DNA of 64,000 nucleotides, taken from positions 44,694 through 108,693 of IMG/VR virus record IMGVR_UViG_3300038499_000016; one strand, given 5' to 3'. The position numbers and the translations under genes were made by a program. Origin of the DNA: a virus (lineage: Duplodnaviria; Caudoviricetes). The notes beneath the pieces were generated by a model, which saw nothing but the letters and a program-made list of their open reading frames with translations, was not told the origin of the DNA and did no database searches. Of this stretch, positions 19,964-28,309 are shown one piece after another (the first letter of the stretch is position 1; the number at the start of each line of letters is the position of its first letter).

Positions 19964-20699
19964 CGAGTGACCCCCATCCAGTTTTCAGAAGATGTGGGGC
20001 ATACCTCTTCCCCCACTCCAATACCCGGTAATAAGCCTGCCCGACATTTCCTCCCTGTTTCTTCATTTCCTTGGGGTCGTACGCGAGGTCACACTTCAGA
20101 GTATCACGAACATAAATCTTGAACAGACTCTCCAGCCTATCCTGAAGGAGTCCTTTGATATCCGCAATGCGGACATCATAGCCTAACCACCGAAGCATGT
20201 CCCGAAGACTCGTATTAACATACCCAGAACAGATTTCTATTCTATGGGTCTTGGATGAGGCATGAAACCGTTCCGTGATGATTGCAAGACCCTTCTCAGC
20301 ATATCCTACCAGATAAAGCTTCTTCGTGTACGTTTCACCCTGAAAAAACGAAACATCAACGGTGTCTGTTTCTACGACCTTTCCATCTGTCACTCCGACC
20401 ATTACTCCAAGTAAAGGGAATCCCCAGCCACTATCGTCGCATTGCAGTGTGATCTTTGAGGCATCAGGATCTTTGAGGGTCCCCGACAAAATCTCCCCCA
20501 ACACGACTTCATCCGTACAGACAACGGATCCGCTTGTGTATATTTTGACGTTCCACTTCTCGGATATTGACTTGCCGGTCCCTTTGTACGAGACCTTCAG
20601 GTACTTATTGTTTTCCGTTCGGGGAATCAATAAGCCGGCAGCACAGAACTCCTGAAGTTTTTGCTCTAACAAAATGCTTGAATTCACACATGCTCCCAA
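19950..20699 (-). CDS. RNase HIII-like protein (TBP-like N-domain + RNase HII fold)
   Basis: VKIYTSGSVV resembles the RNase HIII N-domain; LQCDDSGWG resembles the GxDEAGxG catalytic motif. Confidence 0.55.
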   Translation of the reverse strand: MGACVNSSILLEQKLQEFCAAGLLIPRTENNKYLKVSYKGTGKSISEKWNVKIYTSGSVVCTDEVVLGEILSGTLKDPDASKITLQCDDSGWGFPLLGVMVGVTDGKVVETDTVDVSFFQGETYTKKLYLVGYAEKGLAIITERFHASSKTHRIEICSGYVNTSLRDMLRWLGYDVRIADIKGLLQDRLESLFKIYVRDTLKCDLAYDPKEMKKQGGNVGQAYYRVLEWGKRYAPHLLKTGWGSLGGSD

Positions 20700-20934
20700 T
20701 TATATTTAAGACCTCTTCTTGTTCTTGCCAGGGGTCGACCGCTGAACACCCGGTCGGCCCTTTATTTTATACTCCGATCCTTTTTCTTGTATGTCTTTGT
20801 TGGTGGAATTTTAGGTTCCATAGACTCTGCTAGAAGATTACCGAGTATCCTTTCATCCTCTTCGGCATAAAATCTGCACATAGGATCAGATACCTTCACA
20901 GCTTGCGTTTTTGATAACACATAAGGTTTCTTTT

Positions 20935-21312
20935 TCACACAATTCCCTTCGTGTTAGCCTCACAACTCTTACAGACTTCCGCGGATACTTCACTGGCCTC
21001 TATCTCAGGATTAGTGCACATTCCATCTTCGTAAAAATCGCACACCAAATCTTGTACATCTACAGCAGACTCATCAATGAACACCCCGTTAGGATCTAAT
21101 GCCGCCTTAGTTACTGCCTCACCGATATCCTCGAAATAGCTGATTCTATTTCCTTCCGTAGTTTCTTTAGGTGCCAACCTGATAATCACCTGACTCTCGC
21201 ATAAAACCACGGCATATTTCACACCCTCATGCTCAACGATTACCCCATCATTTTCACCCAAAAACTTCACCAGCGCTTTGGTGATCAACAACAGAGCTTT
21301 ATCTTGATCCAC
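20935..21312 (-). CDS. hypothetical protein
   Basis: 125-aa acidic ORF with a C-terminal Cys cluster. Confidence 0.55.
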   Translation of the reverse strand: MDQDKALLLITKALVKFLGENDGVIVEHEGVKYAVVLCESQVIIRLAPKETTEGNRISYFEDIGEAVTKAALDPNGVFIDESAVDVQDLVCDFYEDGMCTNPEIEASEVSAEVCKSCEANTKGIV

Positions 21313-21315
21313 ACC

Positions 21316-21564
21316 CTATCCTTTCTTGACTCCGCCAAATATCCTCACCACGTCTTTGCGGACCTTCTTACAGTCCGGACATCGCAGTGTCTTAGAAAAA
21401 GAGTACTGAACGCTGTCGATGTCGAGATCAGACATAAGTCCTGAACCCTCGTTATACCACGACCTACAGGCCCAACCATAGGCTCTCTCTTTGCAGAGCA
21501 CACCGCTTTTCGATCCGCAATGTGGACAATCAGGGATATGGGTGAGAGAAGTCTCTACATTCAT
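21316..21564 (-). CDS. Zn-ribbon protein
   Basis: CPHC...CPDC. Confidence 0.6.
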   Translation of the reverse strand: MNVETSLTHIPDCPHCGSKSGVLCKERAYGWACRSWYNEGSGLMSDLDIDSVQYSFSKTLRCPDCKKVRKDVVRIFGGVKKG

Positions 21565-21809
21565 TAGGGTTCCGTCTGATTATGAATGTGACACTCTTTA
21601 ACCACACTTTTACGATCTCTTATGAGACGTCTCTGCTCCCATTTATCGTTCTTTAACCAACGGTCACATTCTTTATCGAGCTTATTCCGCAACCACTTTC
21701 TTGCTGCCCGGATATCGATTTCATTGTCATAGGAGCACTCTTCTGATGCTAGATAATCCACAGCTTCATTGTAGACAATTATTTTAGCATCACGAGATAT
21801 TCGTTTCAT
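21564..21809 (-). CDS. hypothetical protein
   Basis: Overlapping start/stop with neighbours. Confidence 0.5.
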   Translation of the reverse strand: MKRISRDAKIIVYNEAVDYLASEECSYDNEIDIRAARKWLRNKLDKECDRWLKNDKWEQRRLIRDRKSVVKECHIHNQTEP

Positions 21810-22018
21810 GCTTCCACCCGATAATCCACAGCACTCGTTCTATACGTAGGGAATGGAGGCAACTGCTCTGACAACAGACGGTGATCCTGTCTATCAGTAT
21901 TCTTACAGTCTTCTGGGTACGGCATCTCGTCATCATCACGGGGACACTCACCACAAGTACCCCAACGACCATTGGCTTGGTAACAACGCCAAGCTATCTG
22001 TTCCGGTGTGTAGCTCAT
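21806..22018 (-). CDS. small Cys-rich protein
   Basis: ATGA overlap; CGEC motif. Confidence 0.5.
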   Translation of the reverse strand: MSYTPEQIAWRCYQANGRWGTCGECPRDDDEMPYPEDCKNTDRQDHRLLSEQLPPFPTYRTSAVDYRVEA

Positions 22019-22047
22019 CTTGTGTTCTTTCCTGCGACTGGGATCCG

Positions 22048-22611
22048 TTACTGTAAAAGTGCTCTGTATGGGATGGTACTCATTTTCACAGACAGATCCT
22101 TGGAATACATAAACCCATAGATATTCCGAGACATCTCTTCTATGGCTTGTGTAGTTTGTCTAAGAAAATTCTCTCGCTCCTGGGTCCAAGGGATAAAGAC
22201 TTCATTTCCGTTTGTGTAAAAGAACTCTCTCTTGACGACTTCCTCTGGACCACGCATGTAATGGTAGACAGGTTTTCCATCCATAACTGTTTTTTCAACC
22301 ATAGCCCAGCTCAAATCCAAAGTGGCTGTTTTTCCACCAGCTCTAGAAAAACAATCGTGCGTATGGAACTCCTTTGGGTCTTGAGTTGATATAATGAGGA
22401 ACTTCTCACTTTTGGTTTTGTCTTTTAGAAACTGAGAAACCAGCGTCTTGAACAAATCCTCAACGCCGGTTTGGGTCTCAGAACGAATAATATCTGTTTT
22501 TGAATAAGAAGTAAGTTCCTCTGGGAGCAGTATCCTGAACTGTCTCTCGTCTGAGGAGTAGGTCACCCGCACAGTGTACTCTTCGTACTTGAAATCCTTT
22601 ATCTTAGGCAT
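22048..22611 (-). CDS. hypothetical protein
   Basis: 187-aa ORF with AGGAG RBS. Confidence 0.6.
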   Translation of the reverse strand: MPKIKDFKYEEYTVRVTYSSDERQFRILLPEELTSYSKTDIIRSETQTGVEDLFKTLVSQFLKDKTKSEKFLIISTQDPKEFHTHDCFSRAGGKTATLDLSWAMVEKTVMDGKPVYHYMRGPEEVVKREFFYTNGNEVFIPWTQERENFLRQTTQAIEEMSRNIYGFMYSKDLSVKMSTIPYRALLQ

Positions 22612-22792
22612 TTGTTTTCTCCTTTTTGATGACAGCCAGGGCCTGACGCAGCTTACCGAGTTTCCATTTCAGTGGAAGGTACATGAATATGCACGCCGAA
22701 TTCGTTTTTGGTTCCAGGTTGATTGGACAGCTTAGGCAGTGCCCTTTTCGACTCATACAAAAATCCCGGACCTTCCTGAATTCCTCTACCAT
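22604..22792 (-). CDS. small Cys-rich protein, probable paralog of 9220-9408
   Basis: FC...CLSC...CIF...PLKW. Confidence 0.55.
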   Translation of the reverse strand: MVEEFRKVRDFCMSRKGHCLSCPINLEPKTNSACIFMYLPLKWKLGKLRQALAVIKKEKTNA

Positions 22793-22819
22793 GGTTTTTT
22801 CCTCGTCCCAATTCTTTGC

Positions 22820-23116
22820 CTATTGACTGTATTCTTTGTTCTCGTACGGACAAAGTTTGCTTGACGGACATTCATCACAATAACCTGGGTTCTTATCTCC
22901 AGTTATGCAACCCCAAGGACTCTTATCATTTATATCCCAATCTCGATCTACCGGGACATGCTGAGCAGCCAAAGTACACAACTTTTGCAATTCAGCCCTG
23001 TCAATGACAATCTTTTTCTTATCAGTACATGTTATCTGATCATACTCTTCTTTTGATAATAGGTACTGCATTTTATCCCTTCCCGACACGATTTTTTCTT
23101 CGTCCCACGCCTTCAA
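22820..23116 (-). CDS. Cys-rich hypothetical protein
   Basis: PWGC...YCDECP...CPY. Confidence 0.55.
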   Translation of the reverse strand: MKAWDEEKIVSGRDKMQYLLSKEEYDQITCTDKKKIVIDRAELQKLCTLAAQHVPVDRDWDINDKSPWGCITGDKNPGYCDECPSSKLCPYENKEYSQ

Positions 23117-24438
23117 TCAGTGCCCATTGAATCCTTCATGTTATGTTTTGGTCGGATCCGTTCCAAAATATCTGCGGTAGGCTCGATGCAAGCCTCTATG
23201 ACTCTCGCATCTTTATAAGCATCAGGAGCCTCATCCAGAGTACCCATCCCCACCGAAGTCGAATAGATACCCTCCATCTGTTTCTTGAAAGTATCGAGGT
23301 CCACTCGTTTCTTAGCTTGGGCCCGACTCATGATGCGCCCCGCTCCATGAGGAGCCGAACAGTTCCAATCTGGATTAGACTTACCAGTACACAATAAAAT
23401 GCCATCTCGCATGTTGAAAGGTAGCAAGAAGCGCTCTCCAGCATAGGCTCGGATAGCACCCTTCCTGATTATAAAGTCCCGAAAGTCAATGAAATTATGA
23501 ACCGTCTCAATCTCATTAACAGGATCTTTTACATTCAGTATGTCCAAGATGATGCGGAGCATGTATTCCCTGTTCACCTCTGCATACGTCTGAGCGAAAA
23601 TCATATCTGAAAGGTATCCCTGAGCATCATCTCCTTCCAACCACCGTAGATCATCCGGGCAATCATAAGAAGAATGCTTGACTTCTTCGTTTTTCAAGGC
23701 CTTTATCCGGTGATACAACTCTTCACCTTTATATTCAGCCTTGAGTTTAGCCAGAGCCTCCCTGTGCTCTTCTTTGCTCATGCGATTGACCCTACTGACA
23801 GCTAGAGTCTGCCAGAAATTGCAGATTTTCAGCCCAAAATTACGAGACCCCGAGTGTATCGTGACCCAGTACTCTCCTTTGTCGGATTGACCTATCTCAA
23901 TAAAATGATTACCTCCACCGAGACTGGCAATGCTTTTTATTGCACGGCCTAGATCCATGCCTATATCACGGCACTTCTGTTCGAACCAACCCATATCGTA
24001 TCTGACGACACCGAACCGGACTCCAAATTCCTTCTCGTATGCCTGTGCAAAATGCTCCGCCAAAACATTTGCTCTGTGCCAAGGAAATTCCCGCTCAATA
24101 TCTAGGACGGATCTATCGTGAACATTCATTCCAAAAGGTATCTGTTTACGGATACGATGATCCAGCACCTCTAAGGAGAGAAATAAAGACGACCCAATGT
24201 TCACGGACCGAAGTCCACACCCTATATCGACCCCGATAACAGTAGGGATCAACTTATCGGCCATCTTCATCGTGAACCCAATTACTGACCCCTTCCCAGC
24301 ATGAACATCGCTCATGATGGCAATGGGATTAGTAAAAGCAATATGATTCACGAAACCTTGTATCTGACTCGTAGCAGTGTCTTCTACTTGGTCGATCATG
24401 ACCTTCGCAGTTGTGTACTTACCAGAAATTGTGATCAT
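23113..24438 (-). CDS. rtcB: RtcB-family 3'-phosphate/5'-OH RNA ligase
   Basis: DVHAGKG, GVDIGCG, LGGGNHFIE, HSGSR, HN, RKGA, PHGAGR, DEAPDAYK. Confidence 0.95.
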   Translation of the reverse strand: MITISGKYTTAKVMIDQVEDTATSQIQGFVNHIAFTNPIAIMSDVHAGKGSVIGFTMKMADKLIPTVIGVDIGCGLRSVNIGSSLFLSLEVLDHRIRKQIPFGMNVHDRSVLDIEREFPWHRANVLAEHFAQAYEKEFGVRFGVVRYDMGWFEQKCRDIGMDLGRAIKSIASLGGGNHFIEIGQSDKGEYWVTIHSGSRNFGLKICNFWQTLAVSRVNRMSKEEHREALAKLKAEYKGEELYHRIKALKNEEVKHSSYDCPDDLRWLEGDDAQGYLSDMIFAQTYAEVNREYMLRIILDILNVKDPVNEIETVHNFIDFRDFIIRKGAIRAYAGERFLLPFNMRDGILLCTGKSNPDWNCSAPHGAGRIMSRAQAKKRVDLDTFKKQMEGIYSTSVGMGTLDEAPDAYKDARVIEACIEPTADILERIRPKHNMKDSMGTD

Positions 24439-24448
24439 ACTACATCTT

Positions 24449-25345
24449 TCAGACTAAAGTATTGTTGACCTGCAAAACACAAAGACCCAAAGATCTCCAC
24501 ATGTTCACAACCTTAGTTCTGTCATCTATGACATAAACCGTGTGGTAGTAAGGTTCAATCTGACTCTTATAGATCTCCTTCTTGACCACGGCATCCGGCC
24601 GGCTATCCCCCGTCTTCCGCATCAATATAAGACGACAAGGAATTTGATAACGCCTAATCCACCTTTGCGTATCGTCGTAACACGAATCTTCCCGACCCGA
24701 TACCATGAGAACCATGAACATCCGAGCGAGGTCCTTCACCAACAGAATGACATCTTCACAAGGCTTATCATTACTTACCTTGGTGAGATCATAGTAATCC
24801 CGAACACCCTCATTAAGAGCTACCGTCCCATCAACATCCACTATGATGCACTTAGGCAAAGAAGTCTGAGCCAACCGTCTAGAAACCGTCACCACTGGCG
24901 GTATATAGGAGTCCCTTACTTCAACCCTTCTGTTCTTCAAATATCTATCGTAAGTACCCTCTATAGCATCTTGGGGCAGTGACTCAGGACGCTTGGAATT
25001 ACGGATCAAAGCCTCCTTAAGCGTTACCTCAAAAAACTTCTCAAAAATACGCACATTCCCTATACGCTGAGCAATCGCACAGGCTTGATCGAAAATATCA
25101 TCCCGTAGATTAGTATTGTCAGAAATGACATCATAGCCGCTTTTGAGAGCTTTCTCCGTGATTAAATCACATACCTCATTGATGAACTTCTCGTTCTTCG
25201 GAGAATGCCGGCCATTGTCCAACATCTTCCTCATAAGGTCCTTGTTGACCCTCTTATACTTATCAGGATACTTCCGCATCTCCTCCAGAGCCCACGTGCT
25301 CTTACCGGATGCCTGAAGCCCCTTAGCGAGTACATACGTACGCAT
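24449..25345 (-). CDS. pseT: T4-type polynucleotide 5'-kinase/3'-phosphatase
   Basis: Walker A GLQASGKST; HAD motif DVDGT; SGR; R..GDSRPD..VK; IDDR. Confidence 0.9.
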   Translation of the reverse strand: MRTYVLAKGLQASGKSTWALEEMRKYPDKYKRVNKDLMRKMLDNGRHSPKNEKFINEVCDLITEKALKSGYDVISDNTNLRDDIFDQACAIAQRIGNVRIFEKFFEVTLKEALIRNSKRPESLPQDAIEGTYDRYLKNRRVEVRDSYIPPVVTVSRRLAQTSLPKCIIVDVDGTVALNEGVRDYYDLTKVSNDKPCEDVILLVKDLARMFMVLMVSGREDSCYDDTQRWIRRYQIPCRLILMRKTGDSRPDAVVKKEIYKSQIEPYYHTVYVIDDRTKVVNMWRSLGLCVLQVNNTLV

Positions 25346-25349
25346 GAAG

Positions 25350-26420
25350 TCAACCTTTCAACCTATTGGGGACTACCGGCCTGCTCATCCAAAACTCGTC
25401 CGTCTGTACATGACCCTTACGAACCACCTTCGCAGTACTCCTGCGATAGTCCTTATATGAGATCTGGTTGGCCACTCGAATAACGTAACCTTCCAAGTCA
25501 TCCCTGGTCGTTTTCTTGTATCGCTCTATACTTTCATCTATGAGAGCTCTAGCGCTGTCCTGAGACCCCCACACGAACCTACAGAGGGTAGGTACTACCT
25601 GGAGTCCCAACAGCTCAGCATAGATGAGTGTATCGTCCCAAGACAGTGCGATGTTTCTTTCATCCCAGATGTTGAAGACGTAGAAATAATCCTTGAGTTC
25701 TTCATAGTGTATGGAATGGGTAGCGTACAGGTTCTCCCCACAGATTCTCCACCCCTCCGGAATATCTCGTGCAATCCGCCCATGAAGAGCCTTCACCCAA
25801 CTCCTAGACTCATGATGCTTGGAATCAGTAGACCGAGCATGAATATAGTCTGGATAGAGACTCGTATTCTCACCGTCCAACTTAGCCGTAACGACGACTT
25901 CTTTGCCTATAAAAAAATCAACATTTTCATGCTGCCGGTCATCATTCTGAAGATTAGGACTCCACGGGCAATGATACGTTCTCGGATATTTCACATATTT
26001 CAGAAAAACACCAAGTAAATTGGCCTCTTTGAGTACCTTCTGGACCCGGTCTTCCCCAAACAATTCCCCCTTGATACGCATCCCTGATGGACGAACGATG
26101 TTGCCCCAATGGTCATACTTCTCATCGGCATAGAAATGATCGGGTAAAACTACCTCTGTGATGCCTGCAGCCTCTCGAAGCTCGTCACAAGACAATGTAG
26201 TGGTCTCAGCCGCGTAGTGATGGGTCGCACAGAGGGATACGCCATTCTGAAGGTAATACCCTCCAGAGTCACCCCAAAGGGACCTGTCTAAGAGATGGTG
26301 GGCAGCAGCGGGGCTCAACTCGCTCACGGCATCCGCAACAGGCTGCTTGCAGATAACACACTGCCCATGGTCCCTTTTGAAGACCTCGGTACGGAAGGTG
26401 TCTCTGGTGAGCAGCAACAT
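25350..26420 (-). CDS. HNH-domain + ATP-dependent RNA ligase fusion
   Basis: HNH part: RDHGQCVIC...AHH...NGVSLCATHH. Ligase part: KYPRTYH, KLDGEN (motif I), GENL, FYVF, EGYVIR, AKVVR. Confidence 0.85.
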   Translation of the reverse strand: MLLLTRDTFRTEVFKRDHGQCVICKQPVADAVSELSPAAAHHLLDRSLWGDSGGYYLQNGVSLCATHHYAAETTTLSCDELREAAGITEVVLPDHFYADEKYDHWGNIVRPSGMRIKGELFGEDRVQKVLKEANLLGVFLKYVKYPRTYHCPWSPNLQNDDRQHENVDFFIGKEVVVTAKLDGENTSLYPDYIHARSTDSKHHESRSWVKALHGRIARDIPEGWRICGENLYATHSIHYEELKDYFYVFNIWDERNIALSWDDTLIYAELLGLQVVPTLCRFVWGSQDSARALIDESIERYKKTTRDDLEGYVIRVANQISYKDYRRSTAKVVRKGHVQTDEFWMSRPVVPNRLKG

Positions 26421-26444
26421 AAATGATCCTCTACTTGATACATC

Positions 26445-26672
26445 TTAACCAATGTCCACGTGATTAGTATTATACACCCGAAACTCAAAAACAATCGTAT
26501 TCAGAACAAGTAGGGACACCTCAAACATGGGTTTGTGGTCCCCCTTGTAGAGGTCAAGATTAATTTTCAACTCAAAAAAAGTCACACCGTCCGAGAACTT
26601 ACGCACAAAATTCAAAAAGTACAGTTCCAGGGCGTAGTTCTTAGATATTCTCGCATCGAATCCCATTTTCAA
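26445..26672 (-). CDS. hypothetical protein
   Basis: 75-aa ORF in operon. Confidence 0.5.
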   Translation of the reverse strand: MKMGFDARISKNYALELYFLNFVRKFSDGVTFFELKINLDLYKGDHKPMFEVSLLVLNTIVFEFRVYNTNHVDIG

Positions 26673-26944
26673 TCCTTTCGGAATTCATCACATATTCCTT
26701 TTCCACTCACTTCCCGCTTTCTAAAATTCCATGCTTCCCACGCCTCCCACTGTTTCTCAAAAGCGTCATCGTTTTCATCCGTTCTTGGTAGTGCGAGTTT
26801 CGGATATGGAGGTACAGTACTACTGCCAAAACAACAGTAATATTCTGTTGGATCGTCGTAATGTCCAATACTCAGTATGCTCTTGCACACGGCACAACAA
26901 TCTACCGGAAACCTATATGACTTTGGAACAAATTCTTTTTCCAC
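26669..26944 (-). CDS. small Cys-rich protein
   Basis: CCAVC...CC...GICDEF. Confidence 0.5.
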   Translation of the reverse strand: MEKEFVPKSYRFPVDCCAVCKSILSIGHYDDPTEYYCCFGSSTVPPYPKLALPRTDENDDAFEKQWEAWEAWNFRKREVSGKGICDEFRKD

Positions 26945-27022
26945 ATCTTCCTCTCTTATGACGAAACTTCACGCCCATTCTTTGTTGATGATATTCTCTA
27001 TTCACGAATAGAGAACGCACCA

Positions 27023-27637
27023 TCATACACAAGGACTCGAAGGCTTGCCTTTCCACTTGTTGTCACAGCTCTTAGCGCTCTCGCACGTCTTGCAATCTGT
27101 TGCTGTAAGCCGGCACTCAGAAACATTATCAATGAAGATCTTATCGAGGTCTACGAAAACCACATCAAATCCATCCATGACGTCAGGTAGTTCCCGATAT
27201 ACCTTCAAAACCGATTGCATCATAACGCCAGCCACCTTCTTTGAATCCAACCCCCCTACCCCAGTCCCCAAGGCCGTACAACCCATCCGCTTGACCCCAT
27301 TAGCCGCGGCTAAGACTAGAGCCGACCCAAAAGCCCTTCCTACCACTTCAAGCGCTGTAGGCCCCCCAGGCTGCTTCATAGTCACGGCATGGACTATGTG
27401 CTTGATACCCCGGGCCCCCAACTTACCTGGTATCGTGATATAGGCCTGCCCGGGCTTAGGATTCTGTAACCCACATACCAAGAAAGCATCCTTCTGGATC
27501 TCGTCTCCACCGGCCTTCCTAATAGCTCCGGCGATACCACGACCCATTGGGCCGACGCCATTAGCAGCCGATTGTATGCCGTCCAGCTTCAATTCCTCGA
27601 TGAGGTCTATGAGGTTACCTACTCGTTTGGTGATCAT
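27023..27637 (-). CDS. macro domain (ADP-ribose-binding/hydrolase) protein
   Basis: SAANGVGPMGRGIAGAIRKAGG, HIVHAV, ALGTGVGG. Confidence 0.88.
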   Translation of the reverse strand: MITKRVGNLIDLIEELKLDGIQSAANGVGPMGRGIAGAIRKAGGDEIQKDAFLVCGLQNPKPGQAYITIPGKLGARGIKHIVHAVTMKQPGGPTALEVVGRAFGSALVLAAANGVKRMGCTALGTGVGGLDSKKVAGVMMQSVLKVYRELPDVMDGFDVVFVDLDKIFIDNVSECRLTATDCKTCESAKSCDNKWKGKPSSPCV

Positions 27638-27863
27638 GATTTTTCCTATGAAAAATACCAGTTACAAAACTTCTGAATACACAGTACGCGAGCACACTGG
27701 GGCCACAAAAAAATGACAACAACAAAAAACCTAACCAACCCTTAAGATCCTCACGATCTCTATCCAATACGTCTTGTACTGCAAGCATTGTGATGAACAG
27801 GCCGGCGATACCATAACAAATTGGAACCAACCACCAAGGATTCATTTCGCCTCCAACAGACAC
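27615..27863 (-). CDS. small membrane protein
   Basis: Two hydrophobic helices. Confidence 0.5.
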   Translation of the reverse strand: MSVGGEMNPWWLVPICYGIAGLFITMLAVQDVLDRDREDLKGWLGFLLLSFFCGPSVLAYCVFRSFVTGIFHRKNHDHQTSR

Positions 27864-28309
27864 AAAAATCCCGTATCCTTCAAAGAACGGTCAATGTCCG
27901 TAAGTTTCTCTGTCAATTTCTTTAGAGCATCCAGACCGTTCATCTCCACCCACAGCCCGTACTTGAACTTCTTTCCATTGGGCAGCATAGGAACGATTGA
28001 ATAGCCTTCTGGAACCTTACACGACGGCTCACAATCAGCAAAAAAAGACAGGGGAAGACCTATCAAACAAACTCTGCTCGATAGCTCTCTCAAGAGATCC
28101 TCAATATCAGCAAGAGTCATGTTGTAGGTCGTCATCGCTTCCATGATATACTGCCCTGCAATCATGGCATTGTTGTACTCTGGAAGATCTATGATTTGAT
28201 GCATCCTTCCAAAATAGCCTAAAACATCTTTAGTCATGCCCTTACTCCCGACAGAAAATTTGAGAACAGGCCATGCATCACGCTCCAGGACTTTTAGACA
28301 ACTTTTCAA
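27842..28309 (-). CDS. hypothetical protein
   Basis: 155-aa ORF in operon; start uncertain. Confidence 0.5.
   Translation of the reverse strand: MKSCLKVLERDAWPVLKFSVGSKGMTKDVLGYFGRMHQIIDLPEYNNAMIAGQYIMEAMTTYNMTLADIEDLLRELSSRVCLIGLPLSFFADCEPSCKVPEGYSIVPMLPNGKKFKYGLWVEMNGLDALKKLTEKLTDIDRSLKDTGFLCLLEAK

Noticed and set aside
20730-20768. Hairpin GGGTCGACCG...CGGTCGGCCC as a terminator for the local genes
   Set aside because: The T-tract is on the plus strand while the flanking genes are on the minus strand; function cannot be assigned.
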